From: a virus
Taxonomy: Duplodnaviria > Caudoviricetes
IMG/VR virus record: IMGVR_UViG_3300025809_001850
Length of the DNA: 64,000 nucleotides
Direction: 5' to 3' (one strand)
Shown here: positions 9,063 to 22,200 of the stretch, piece after piece
How positions within the stretch are numbered: the stretch's first letter is position 1
Layout: the number at the start of each line of letters is the position of its first letter
Position numbers and translations under genes: made by a program
Notes under the pieces: model-generated
What the model was told of the DNA's origin: nothing
The model's input: the letters and a program-made list of their open reading frames with translations, nothing else
The model's database searches: none

Positions 9063-9451
9063 GTGGAGATGGTTTAGGTATAAAACTACCCTACACACGC
9101 AGTAACAAAGAAGGGTATTTTGCTCAAGTTGAAACTGAACTTGACAAAGCAAGAACCAACTTAACGATGTTGTTGATGACATCAAAGGGTGAGCGACCGA
9201 TGATGCCCACATATGGAAGTGATTTAAAAAAAATACTATTTTCTCAAAACACAGAAGGAGCGGTTGATGTTGAATTTGAAGATGCAGTTGTTGATGCAAC
9301 ATCAACTTGGATGAATAGTGTGGTTATCACGGACGTAAAGATAAACCGAGATCCTATAAACAATCCATATCAAGCAGAAATTAAAGTGACTTTTGAACTA
9401 ACAAATCTACCTGACTCAGAACAAGAGTTGGACTTACAAATAGAGGTTTAA
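9059..9451 (+). CDS. gp25: Baseplate wedge/sheath-initiator protein, gp25/GPW family
   Basis: NLTMLLMTSKGERPMMPTYGSDLKKILF motif. Confidence 0.9.
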   Translation: MSGDGLGIKLPYTRSNKEGYFAQVETELDKARTNLTMLLMTSKGERPMMPTYGSDLKKILFSQNTEGAVDVEFEDAVVDATSTWMNSVVITDVKINRDPINNPYQAEIKVTFELTNLPDSEQELDLQIEV

Positions 9452-9453
9452 TT

Positions 9454-11427
9454 ATGACAACCGATATGGACATATTCGCAAATAAAAAAGGTAAAGATAT
9501 AAATTACCTTAGTAGAGACTTCAACTCTTTTAAATCAAGTTTGGTACAATATATAAAATCATACTTTCCTGGATCATACAAAGACTTTAGTGAAAACTCA
9601 ACAGGAATGATGTTTGTAGAATTATCTGCGTATGTTGGTGATGTTTTGTCTTATTATATAGATTATCAATTTAAAGAGGGATTTTTGCAATATGCAAGTG
9701 AACGAAATAACATAATGACACTTGCGGGTTATTTAGGATACAAACCAAAACCATCGGTTCCTGCATCCACAAATATTTCAGTTATGCACATAGTACCATC
9801 AAAACTTGATAGCATGGGAAAGAATATTCCAGACATGAAATATGCATTAAATATTGAAGCTGGTATGGAAGTTAGGTCTGGAGATAATTCTGATATTGTG
9901 TTCAGAACAACCCAACCAGTAATCTTTGCCGAAAATACCCAAGACTCTCCATTAACCATTAAAGTTTTTCAAAGAGATTCTTCTGGTCAACCTGTGTATT
10001 ACTTGCTTAAAAAACTTGCCCATGTATCAAGTGGAACTTTAAAAAGAAAAGTTGTTCAAGTAGGTGAGGCCTCTTCATTTTATGAAATAGAGTTGGGTGA
10101 TACTAATGTGCTGGAGGTGGTTTCTGTAAAGGACTCTGATGAAAATGCTTGGCACGAAGTTCCCTATCTAGCTCAAAGCACGGTGTTGATAGATGAACCA
10201 AACAACTCAAGAAATAGTCCACTTTATTCTAAATACGCAACAACGGTTCCCTATGTATTGCGATACATGAAAACCTCAAAAAGATTTGTGGTACATACAA
10301 ATACAGACAACACAACCACAATTGAGTTTGGAAAGGGTGATGATAAAATTGACGATGAACTTATAGTCCCGAGTATGAGTAATGTGGGTCGTACTATCAA
10401 TACAAATCGTTCTATTTTAGACATGGGTTACGACCCAAGCAACTTTTTGAAAAACGATTCATACGGAGAAGCACCATCCAACACAGAATTGACAATTGAT
10501 TATTATGTGGGAGGTGGTGCGAGCTCCAATGTTGCAAGTAACACACTTAACAACATCAGTCTCGTTTCATATGCCGAGTCAAATGAATTTTTAAATGCAA
10601 ACGAACGATCCACATTAGAAGGAATTAAAAATAGTTTAAAAGTAAACAACGATGAACCTGCACGTGGGGGTAAGGGTGCTGAAAGTGATGAAGAAATAAG
10701 ATTAAAAGGTTTGGCCTCTTTTCCTGCTCAACTTCGTGCAGTTACTAGAGAAGATTATGTTATTCGAGCATATTCTATGCCAGCAAAGTTTGGAAGTGTC
10801 GCGAAGTCGTTTGTAACAAAAGACGGAATTTTAGATACACAATCTCAACTTGATATAATTAAAACAAACGAAACGAACCAAGATATATCACCCGAATCAA
10901 TAAATACCGTATACGGAGAAGTGAATAATCCGTTTGCGATAAATATGTATGTACTTAGTTATGATGAAGATAAGAAACTAACACAACCCAATGAACTTGT
11001 TTTCAAAAATCTAACAAGATACATGACACAATATAGAATGTTAACTGATGGACTAAACATATCCAGTGCGTTTATCATTAACATCGGAATATATTTTGAA
11101 ATCTCTGTTCTTCATAACTTTAATCAAAAAGAGGTTCTTGATAACACTATGGTTGAACTAACAAATTATTTTGAGATAGATAATTGGCAAATTTCACAAC
11201 CAATTGAAATTAGTAGTTTAGAAATAATGATTTCAAAAATAAACGGAGTTCGTACGGTGGGCAACTTGAGGATTGTAAACCTTACATCAAATGATGGAAA
11301 TTATTCCGTAAACGAATATGACATAGAGTCGGCCACCATTGGTAAGATATTATACCCATCAATGGACCCATCAATATTTGAAGTAAAATTTCCTGGTAGA
11401 GATATAGTTGGGAGGGTTGTGTCGTGA
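9454..11427 (+). CDS. gp6: Baseplate wedge subunit gp6 / baseplate-J family
   Basis: RDFNSFKSSL..YFP..YKDFS, ELSAYVGDVLSYYID, GGKGAESDEEIR, RAVTREDY. Confidence 0.9.
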   Translation: MTTDMDIFANKKGKDINYLSRDFNSFKSSLVQYIKSYFPGSYKDFSENSTGMMFVELSAYVGDVLSYYIDYQFKEGFLQYASERNNIMTLAGYLGYKPKPSVPASTNISVMHIVPSKLDSMGKNIPDMKYALNIEAGMEVRSGDNSDIVFRTTQPVIFAENTQDSPLTIKVFQRDSSGQPVYYLLKKLAHVSSGTLKRKVVQVGEASSFYEIELGDTNVLEVVSVKDSDENAWHEVPYLAQSTVLIDEPNNSRNSPLYSKYATTVPYVLRYMKTSKRFVVHTNTDNTTTIEFGKGDDKIDDELIVPSMSNVGRTINTNRSILDMGYDPSNFLKNDSYGEAPSNTELTIDYYVGGGASSNVASNTLNNISLVSYAESNEFLNANERSTLEGIKNSLKVNNDEPARGGKGAESDEEIRLKGLASFPAQLRAVTREDYVIRAYSMPAKFGSVAKSFVTKDGILDTQSQLDIIKTNETNQDISPESINTVYGEVNNPFAINMYVLSYDEDKKLTQPNELVFKNLTRYMTQYRMLTDGLNISSAFIINIGIYFEISVLHNFNQKEVLDNTMVELTNYFEIDNWQISQPIEISSLEIMISKINGVRTVGNLRIVNLTSNDGNYSVNEYDIESATIGKILYPSMDPSIFEVKFPGRDIVGRVVS

Positions 11428-12644
11428 ATATATTTTACAACCCAGAAAAAGATTCAACGATTTATAGTCAGTCAGCAATCAGAGAACTAAACTTTGGTAA
11501 GTCCGAGATATTAGAATTAAAAAACTCATGGTCTGTGGGAAGAGGAACGGGTATATCTAGAATTTTGTTGCAATATAACATACCATTCAATTTAGAAAAC
11601 TATCAAGACTTTGAACATCTCAAGTTTTATTTGGAACTGAAAATAACTCAATCTGAAGAATTAACAGATACAACTCAAATATCTGCATTTCCTATATCTG
11701 ATTATTGGCAATCAGGAATTGGAATCGGTTTAGATGCCGATCCTGTTTATCAACCGGTCAACTGGATATACAAAACAGATTCAGAAAAATGGGAGTCTGA
11801 AGATGATGAGGGTGGGGGTTCTTATTACACACACATTGAACGATGTGGTGAAGACAAAATCCCAATTTCATGCACATATACATTTTCACAAAAAACATCG
11901 GACGTTAATTTAGATGTGACATCAATTGTAAAGTGTTGGATGCTAGGTGACATCCCAAATAATGGATTTTTAATAAAATTCACCCAAGAAGGTAGAACCG
12001 AACGAAATCAATCTATAAAGTTTTATTCTAGTGACACCAACACTATATACTCTCCACGACTAAGAGCTGCATATTTTGATTACGTAAGTCAACAACCAAA
12101 CACACCACCTTCAAGTGAATCGGGTAGTTTATCAGGAACACTACAACAACTTAGTATTTCTAACCAACCAACTTCAGAAGTTACTGATTACGATCTTGGT
12201 TGGGAACGGGTTATTGTTGGTTCGTGTGAGACTATATTGGATCATACAAATGTAATCAACAAACCAACTCCATCTTTAACTGGAGATATCGTTGCCAAAA
12301 TAAAAACTATTAGGAAAAAATACTTCAACAACGAGCAAATAAAGTTCAATTTGTCGGTTAGACACAAACACCCAATCAAAACATTTTCTGACAAAGCAAC
12401 ATACTCTGGTAAAAATATAGTAGATGCTGATATGTTTTACAGCATAAGAGATGCAGAAACTCAAGAGGTTATAGTTGGTTTTGATGAATATTCTAGAATA
12501 AGCAACGACTCTGCTGGTCACTTTTTTATACTAGATTTAAGTGGACTTCATGTGGGTAGATACTATGTGTTTCGTTTATTGGTTTCTGGTGAAAATGGAA
12601 ACGAAATTTTTGAAGACACACGAACATTTGAAATCGGAAGTTAA
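11424..12644 (+). CDS. Virion protein with DNRLRE-like beta-sandwich domain
   Basis: KDSTIY..LNFGKSEILE..SRILLQY..DVTSIVKCW..NNGFLIK..FYSSDT..PRL pattern. Confidence 0.6.
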   Translation: MNIFYNPEKDSTIYSQSAIRELNFGKSEILELKNSWSVGRGTGISRILLQYNIPFNLENYQDFEHLKFYLELKITQSEELTDTTQISAFPISDYWQSGIGIGLDADPVYQPVNWIYKTDSEKWESEDDEGGGSYYTHIERCGEDKIPISCTYTFSQKTSDVNLDVTSIVKCWMLGDIPNNGFLIKFTQEGRTERNQSIKFYSSDTNTIYSPRLRAAYFDYVSQQPNTPPSSESGSLSGTLQQLSISNQPTSEVTDYDLGWERVIVGSCETILDHTNVINKPTPSLTGDIVAKIKTIRKKYFNNEQIKFNLSVRHKHPIKTFSDKATYSGKNIVDADMFYSIRDAETQEVIVGFDEYSRISNDSAGHFFILDLSGLHVGRYYVFRLLVSGENGNEIFEDTRTFEIGS

Positions 12645-12646
12645 TA

Positions 12647-13237
12647 GTGAGAAAATTGCCAGAATATTTAAAAGAAGAAGATTTCAACCAAACTGAATTA
12701 CAAAAGTTATTAAATTCGGGTGAACTTGAGAATGATATAGATTCGTTTAATACAATAAGTTTTTCAACGGAAACCACGAACCAGGATTCTAAACTCGAAA
12801 ACTATATAATGCTTATTCCGACAGAAAAACGAAAGGCGATTCCACCACAACTTGAAACTTATGTACCAACTGTTGTAACAGATTTTGCAGGTGATATCGC
12901 ATCTAATCCGGATGAGGATGTACAATTACTTGATGAACTAGAAAACTTAGAAGAAGAAATGGACAACATGATAACATCTGAGCAAATGCTACAAGCACAA
13001 ATTGACGAACTAAGCAACAGACTAGATACAGAAATAAGCAACACTGTTAAAGAAAAAGAAACAGCGGCCGAAACATATTCAGCAGCCAAAGACATTATCG
13101 TATCACAACGAATTGCAGCTGGAGAGGGAAATTCTCCACAAGAGTTTAGTGATGTATTTCCGTTTTTACCAATAACCGCAGAAGAAAAAGCAAACCAAGT
13201 ACCTGACCCTCTTCCATTTATGGGTGGATACGAATAA
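12647..13237 (+). CDS. Hypothetical protein (acidic coiled coil)
   Basis: Clean ORF in baseplate operon. Confidence 0.7.
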   Translation: MRKLPEYLKEEDFNQTELQKLLNSGELENDIDSFNTISFSTETTNQDSKLENYIMLIPTEKRKAIPPQLETYVPTVVTDFAGDIASNPDEDVQLLDELENLEEEMDNMITSEQMLQAQIDELSNRLDTEISNTVKEKETAAETYSAAKDIIVSQRIAAGEGNSPQEFSDVFPFLPITAEEKANQVPDPLPFMGGYE

Positions 13238-13250
13238 GGATCAATAAAAT

Positions 13251-16200
13251 ATGCCTGATTTTTTACAGTATATACAGGATACTCCTTACGAGAAGAAACG
13301 ACTAACTCGGGGGTATGATGTAGATGAATCTACTTTATCTATCGGATTTGCTGAAGAACCAACTCCTTATGACTTTGGATTATCTCCAAAAGACTCAATA
13401 GAATTTTCAGTTTATTCTTCAGATGGAATAAAACTCGCATGGAAAGTCGTTGATGATGAACCTAACTATGAAATCATAAACTTAGATTACACCAATATGT
13501 CTGATGAACGTGTTGGTGGGCAGGCCAGAATATTTACTAAAAACTATCCTACCATTGACGGAAGTGTTGTAGTTTCACCCAGTATAGATGCCAAATCGGT
13601 TGGAATAGATTCTGGTTATTATTATATGAGGTATTCGTTTGTAAACGATATAATTGGGTCTTCGGCAAATAAAAGTAAGTTGTTGATAAAGGATATATCA
13701 AACTCACGAACTGAAATAAAAGTTATACCTGAGTGTTTAAAAACCTCAAACCGACCCGAGGATATTTCTCTATCATTTGAATACGAAAACTTTTCAAACA
13801 AAAGACTACCGGTTTCTCATTTGTACAACTTTACAGAAAAGTTATTAAAACCAACTAATATAATAGCAAACGAATTTGATGAGAGTTTATCTGAATTACT
13901 CACAGATTATGAAACTTCTATGGAACTGGCCATGGAAATGCTGGGCAACACCGACCGAAAACAAGTGTTTATAGAAATTGAATCGGTTAGAAAACGTGTA
14001 TTTGAACTGTATAAAAACACATTGTTATCAGAATACAATGAAGTATATTCTAGAACAGACTTTTATGTACAATATATAAATTCAATAAACTATGAGATTT
14101 CAAAGCAGAAACGATTAGCAGATTCAGAGGTATCACCACAGATTATTGATTTATATAAATCTGTTTTGATAATTTTATTTGACTCAGATTACTTGAATAC
14201 TCTATTTGTTGACCGATTTGAAATGTATTTTAATAATTACATAAACTTTGGTTCGGCCGAGAGTTACCCCATATTGTCAGTCTCTTCTGCAAATGAAAAC
14301 ATAGGAGATGTTGAAAAACACGTTCCTATGATAATAAAACTATCAGAACCATTGCCACAAACAATAACAACTGGTAATCGTCTTTATATATCAAACAAAC
14401 TATATTCAGATGATGTGGTGCAAAAAGTAAATTATTACCAAGAAATAAAATCTAATTTAACAAAACTAAGAGGACCAAACCGATCACAGGTAGTTTCAAA
14501 TTCTGGTACAAAGGAATATACAAAAGACGAACTACAAACGGAGTCGGGTACATCTGAAATAGATTCCACCACCATCGCGATGTCATCTTATTTTAATTCC
14601 AATATTAATAAAGGAATGACAAAGTTTGATGAGTTTTCCGACTTTGTAAAGTTTTCATCTGCAAAGGGTCAACTTGATGTGTTTATTCAAAAGTTCTCAA
14701 AACTATCTAAGTTGATAAATACAATTACTTCATATGAATATTCAATTGAGGTTATTGATAAAAAAATAGAAGACAACAAATTACCAGATACCCAGTCATC
14801 CCGATCATCTATTTCAATTTTACAAAGAATTGATCTTAAAGAAAAACTTACTGAACTAGACAATGAACTACTTATGTTGTCTGATTACGAACGATTTTTA
14901 TTTTACACAGAATCTGTTCGTGCATATCCACGAAGCACCGATTTATATATATCAAAAATAACAGGATCAAATAGACTTGCCAATGGTCGGTACGTATCGT
15001 ATGGATATTTTAACGATAAAACTTCGTACAAGCACTGGTTGGCTGATTGGTTTTTTTGGTGGGACTCACAAACATATCAATGGGTGTTATCAGACACACA
15101 ATACACAAAGGGTGGTGTATTCTTCGCAGTAAAAAGTGAAACATATTTTTACGAAGCTGAAGCAAAGTGGTCTGATACAAATGAGTTCGAAGATGATGTT
15201 ATTCTCAAGGTTTCAAAAGAAACTATTGAGTATGGTCCTGAAAAAGGAAAACTTGCTCCTGAATATGTAACGGAAGATGTAGCTGATTGGTCTAAAACAA
15301 GTTTGGGTTATAAGTGGTACATAGACATGGCAACCGAGGCAACTTATTACGACAAAAGCAACGATGACTATTTAGCATTAAACATACCAGAGTTTTTAAT
15401 AAGAGATGATTCCAACGAAGATTTCATAAAGTTACTTAGTGCAGTTGGTTTAACATTTGATACAATTGATAACTACATCAAAAATATGGGGAACTCACGC
15501 GAGGTCAGAAACGATCCTAACAAGGGAATTTCCGATGATCTTGTGTATTACTTTTTAAATGCATACGGAATGAGTGTGTCGGGTAAAAACACCCGTGCCG
15601 ATCCAGCTTCAAAGTTAAAACTAAAAGACGAAACCAGTTCCGAGTACAAAAGAACACAGACCTGGAGAAGAATGCTAAATAACTTAGCATACATACTAAA
15701 AACAAAAGGCACACGTGAAGCAGTAGAAGCACTTATCAAGTGCTATGATATACCAGAACAACTTTTCGTTACACGTGAGTATGGTGGCTCTTCATTAGAA
15801 GACTCGTCCACAAAGTTTTCGGAATTTTCATTTGATACATATGATTATAGATTATCAATTCAAGAAGAAGATGAGTATGTACAAGTTCCTTGGAATTACA
15901 ATGATTTAAAACCAAAAGCACTTGAATTAAAATTGCACATACAATCAACTGCATCATTGACACCCAAGTTTTATGAAGTCGAGTTTACACCTATAATTGA
16001 ATGTGGAGATTGGTCGTTTGGAATAAAACGAAACACATCAAATTCTGACGGGTGGTGGAGGTTTTACATAAACTTTGCGGGCAACATTACTTATGGTGCT
16101 GACCAAGATTCACCATTTGACGCAGTAATACCACCAAATGACAAAGACCCGTTGTATATGCACCAGGACGATGGATACGACATACTCATACAAGTTTCTG

Positions 16201-19200
16201 ACAAATACAAAGGCCTTAAAAGAAAAATGTTGTCTGTTTATGTCAAACGGCAGAATGATGGAGACCTAGTTTTAGAGGAAGTGGTGGATGTCTTAATTGA
16301 CGAGACATCATACATTAATTTTTCAAAACCAACCGATCTGTTCATCGGAAATTACACAGGAGGTGCGTTTCAGGGTGAAATCGATAGACTGAGAATTTAT
16401 ACGCACGAAATAGAAGAAGAGGATTTTAATCAGCACATAAAGTTCGGTCAGTCTTATAGTTTACGAGTTACTGATAAGTCACTGGAGGATACTCTCATAT
16501 TTAAAACTAACTTTGATTATCCACACGACGTTTCGTACTCTTCAAACTACCAATATGGGTATGGAATAATTCCCAATTCTTCTTTAAAAGATAGTCACTC
16601 TAAGCATTTAAAATGTTACAACTTTAAGAAAACAGAGTATCCATATAATTTCGTTGGTTCTTACAAAAAAGAGTTCGCAGAACTTCCTGCATTTGGTGCT
16701 CAGGTTTTCAACAACAAAAAAATTCGTATAGAGGAACAAGAAACAACTGCAAATCTAAATCCGTTTAGTCGTGTAACGAAACGTTCACTTGATCGTGTTG
16801 GTATTGATACTAATAAACTTGGTGTGTTTTTTGGAAAAAGTGTTTCATTAAACGAAGAGATTATTAAATTTTTCGGAAAAATAAAACTTGGTGATTTTAT
16901 AGGAAACCCAGAAGACTACAACAAGAAACAATATACAGAACTCACCAAACTTAGAAAGATATTTTTTAAACACGGATTTGGTAAGGTTGATTGGTATGAT
17001 TACATAAACCAACTCAAGGGATATTTTGATGAATCCTTTTTTGAAAATTTAGAAAGATTGGTTCCTGGTAGAACTACATTAACGAGTGGGTTGTTGATTG
17101 AACCACTTTTATTGGAACGACCAAAAATAAAAGGTACGGAAATAAAAACAGACATTGAATCAAATGTTGACAGATATCAAGTAATAGAACCAACTGAAAA
17201 AATAAAACCACTTAGAAATATCAGGTTGTCTGCCAAGTTAAAAAATAAGAATATTGTTCAGTTTTCAAATGCGTCTGTGTACGGAGACCGAAACACAGAC
17301 ACCAATGTTACTTGTTTGAGTTCAAAATTTTTATATAAAAAAATTAAAGGAACGAGTTATTCAACTGACCTCTTTGCTAATGTTGATTATTCTTATTTAA
17401 CTGGAATTTGTTCTAATTTTGGTCATACAACATTTGACGGAATTACATACCGGGTTGAAAACGAAGATTTCAAATTAGCACACAATAATAAGTTTTTAAG
17501 TGGGTTAGTTGATTACACAATAGCTAATAAAGTTAAATTGACTCTGACGTTCGTAGAAACCCGTACCTCAGTCGAAGCTCACTTTTCAACTGCAATGGGT
17601 GAGTATATATCAGATAAAAATGTTAATGGAGCAAGGTTGTTTATAAACTCAGCTCAAACTTGGTTTATATATTATGAACCATATATAACTCGTTGGGTTT
17701 TGGTTGATGTTGACCCACGACAAACCACAGACACCCACGAACTTCTACCAGATGGTTCGGCCAGAAGAATGTATTCAACCACCACTGGTGGAACATTTCC
17801 CACCGAGTTTACTATAAATGCGTATACAGAAGTCAACTCTGTTTTAACAGGAAATTACGAAGGGTGGCACGGGATGTTCCGGTCACAAGGAACAACCGGC
17901 ACAACACCACTTACACGAAACCGAGAATACAAAACATCCTCGGTGGTAGAAATCCTAAATGACAAATTCATTAATATATCAGGGGAAGTTCTTGGTGTAT
18001 TAGAGTGTGAGGTGACAGGAAGTTTTAACGGAAAATATAATGAAGTAACAGACGACGGTACCGTTATCTCTCATAAACATGGCAGTTATTTATTTAGAGG
18101 ATCAAAGAAAACACTAAAATTGGAAGGACACTTCACCGGAACACTTGCACACGGATTTGTTGGTTCTAAAGAAACACGTTCTGAGTTTGTGGTTAAAAAC
18201 GGATATGTAAATGCAGAAAGATTCGGTGGTTGTTATTTTTCAAACAAAAAAATGTACGGTCCGGTCAACGATGTAGTTGAAGATGATCTGCGTTATACTA
18301 ATTTAAATTTAGATATTTTTGATTCAACTAAACTGAATCAAACAACACAGAGTTTTAAAAACATAAAACTGGTACCTGTTCCATCTCGGATTAAATATGA
18401 TATAATAAACGAATCGGTTGAAATAAAGAAAAAAGTAAACATTGAACGAAATTCAACAAATAAAGTTTTTTACGAAAATGGAATACGAACAAGAAAAACC
18501 CTCGGAACATATACAAATTGTTTTTATCAAGAAACTCAAGATGACATAATACCTGCACTGTATCACAATGTTCAACTAAAACTAAAAACAAAACTAAAAA
18601 CAAATCACATCAGGAACATAAAGATTTTGGCATATACATCTGATATGGCCAAACCGAGCACTCAGCAGAACATCTCGTATGTCAGAAAATTTAAAACACA
18701 AGTAATTAAAAACGAAACCTATACTATAAATCTTGGCTTAAATTTCTATTATAAAATGGAAACTGATTCGTATAAGGTAGAACCTGTGATTTACTCACGT
18801 GGCAGAGAGTTAACAGAAAACTCATTTTATAGTATAAAGTATGATCAGTATGGTGATTCAATTTCTGAAAAAGAAAACTTTTGGGATTCTGAGATGTGGA
18901 GTGATCTTGACGATATATACAATAAGTCAGACTATGTGTTTGTTATGACACAAGAAGAAACAAAACAAGAATTCAGAACAACTCGTAGTTCTTTGTTTTC
19001 ACTTGATATAAGTGCATCACACAGAGTTTATTTTGTTGCAAACTTAAATGACCAAGAATCATCTGATATCGGATTTCATTCTCTTGACTATGTAAGTGAT
19101 GCCAAAGAAACAACCCACCGAGGAGAAACAAACACACTCAATGCACAGGACCTGTATAGTCGCATAGACAATTACATATACACAGAACAGGATGAGGGAG

Positions 19201-22200
19201 TAACATATGACAGAATTAAAATAATTCACAACCGACACTATAAAATTCATAATAACATCAAGGTCGGTGATTCAATACGACTTGATGTGTACGGAAAGAA
19301 GAAAACGAAATATTCATTGCAACTAAATCGTGAACTTACTCCCGGTGAATCTGATGATTCAGAGGCCGTCATTTTTACAAAAGAGACACTTGATTGCCAC
19401 ATAACTTATGACATAAAAGAAAAATTTCTGAGATATGAAGCAATCATAGAACCAATTAAATATCACGCATATTACACAACCGAGAGTCCGTCAACATATT
19501 TTCTGATAATGCCCAAGTCAGAGTATGCGGGTTTCTCTCTTGCAGGTTACAATGGTCGTTGGAAATCTGCAAATGGAACATATGCTCAAAGTCATCGGAT
19601 AAACGGAAAGTACACTTATTTAAATGAAAACGGAACTTGGTTGGTATTTTGGACCACCGATACTCCAAAGTGCAACAAAGAAAATTTAAACGGAGCATGG
19701 GTCTTGGTTAAAGTAAATCCTGTGGAATTTCCCTCGTTAATACAAACCGAACTAACAAATCAGACAATATCATTGTGGATGTATGGATTTATTCCAAGTG
19801 AGTTTAATTCAGAAGTTGTGTCTAATTCGAGTACGCAAATGAACGCAACGGTGTTTAGCACAGACTATGGTTCAGGAAAACCTGCAACTGATATCAAATA
19901 TGAGGCAACCGTTTCGTATACCAAAGAGTTGTGTAACGACCAGGATTATGTACAACAACAAATTAAACAAAGAAGTTCAAATTCGATTGATACCTCGTTT
20001 GTTGTAATTCCAAATAAATCTGCATTTGAATTTGCAGAAAAGCACGGTAAAAATACTCTCGGAGTTAAAGATCAAACTTTATCATGGGTATTAAGTATAA
20101 GCAGTGTTGAAAGTAAACTACCTGCCAGAGGATTATATGAAAAAATAAAACCGAGTAAAGATGTAGATGTTCAACTTGAGGTAGATTATATACAAGAGTT
20201 TGACAGAACTACTCCCGTGGTTAGGGTAATTGGTTCTGATGTTAGAACCACGGATTTTCTTATGACAGAGGGTGAATACTACCCAACCTCAGTTGAATCT
20301 AGTGGATTTCCTGTGTATAGAAATAAAAACGGATTTTTGATTCGTCGAGATAAATACATGGATGAAAGTTCCAACATGGGTTATGTTTGGTTGATTGCAC
20401 AAGATTCTCAACCAATTAACACACGAACCGATGACTTGCTAAATAAAAAACGACTGGTATTCGTATCATCTGCGGGTAGTTGTACAAGTGATGACTTTAA
20501 TTTTAGAGTTGGATATGACATGAATCCGAATATAAATACAAACCGAAGTCGGAATGATATGCTTGCAGGTGCATTTGAGGATTCAGTAAAACTAAAAAAC
20601 CCCGACACACAAATTAAATGGGGGTACAATAGAAACGAATCTGCCTGTTCCGTGTGTGAAGATATAACCACACCTGATTTTAACATTGAGATAACTCCTG
20701 ATGATATATACACATCATACGCAGGTAGGCAGAGTTATATAACAACTTATGTGGGTAGTGTTGATGCTAACATTGAATGCAACCAACTATCATGTCCTCC
20801 TGATGTGCTAAAATTCCAAGGAGACTATACAAATGCCGATTCGGTTTATTGTGATAGTTTATTGTGCTATGATCAAGTCGACGGAAACTCCAGATTCAAG
20901 AAAACCGAAGCTGGGTGGGTGATTGAAGCTTCTATGGTAGGAACTGGAGGAGATTTTTCATCTTATGTGTCTAGTAACAACTCTGACATTTCCTCTATCG
21001 GCACACAACATCAACACCCTAAGTATGGAATGTATATATCAGATGAAGGACAACATAGTTTTATTTATTATGAAAAAAATGAATATTCAGAAATTAAAAT
21101 ATGCATAAACTCAGATAACACCAAGTTGCATCCTAAGTTCACAAAAACAAATTACATAAAAAATGGAAGACCGGTTTATGAAAATGAAAACGAGTGGTTC
21201 ATATTTTACAACAAAGAAGAAATTTCAGAAAACGAATATTGGTGTATAAGTGATACCATGTCAGACAGAAATGTAAAATATAAAGCAGACGTTCGGTGGG
21301 CAGATGAAAAAAATCATAAAGAAGGAGACAGACAATTTGATGAAGAATTTGGTGTGTACTATAAAAAGACTGATATCATTGATCTAACAGAAAAAAATGC
21401 AATCGTTGTTAACATGAAAATTAATTTGAATGTTGATAGTGCTCGTAATATATTAGCACTGGACGAATACGATTTATCATCGTTATCATATAAATTAACA
21501 TATGACGGTGTCCGACAGATAGAATCAAACATTCTTGAAATACTTCCGATTATGAGTTCGTCAAAAAATCAAATTATATCAGAAATACCATTGTCAGTTA
21601 ATTACAGACCCGAGATGATGTACGGAGATTATCCTAAATTGCTGGACATCGAATTTGAAACTAAAGGAAATTACGATTACAACTCTACAGACAAAACTCC
21701 CATAACTTTAAAAATAAAGTCTCTTGGCAATGTGAAGTCGTTTAACTTTGATGTTGATCTTAAAAACTCGTACTCTCGTCTTGACAAAGTTACACATCAG
21801 TCATTTAACTTGTTAATTAAAAATAACCCAAGTAATGATGATTTAGATGCAGGATTTCTTGCGATTGATCCTGAGTTTGAAAAATATTATGTAAACGAAT
21901 TAGAATATGAATTGGATGTTGTCGTAAAAACTACACGTGAACCAATTACTGTCATTAAAAATCTAAAAAAAGTTGATCAACAAGTTAGTTTTTGTGAATT
22001 GTTTGAAGATGATGGAGATGAATCTGACCGAGATATAGTAATAAGTTTTTCCGAAAATTTAAATTATACAATTGATAAACAATATTCACTCACGGATGTT
22101 ACTAAAGTAAAAGTAAATAATGATTTAGTTGTACGTGGACGATCAAAGGAACATATATCATACAAAAGAAAAAGAACTAAACGAAACTCGGTAAATACTG

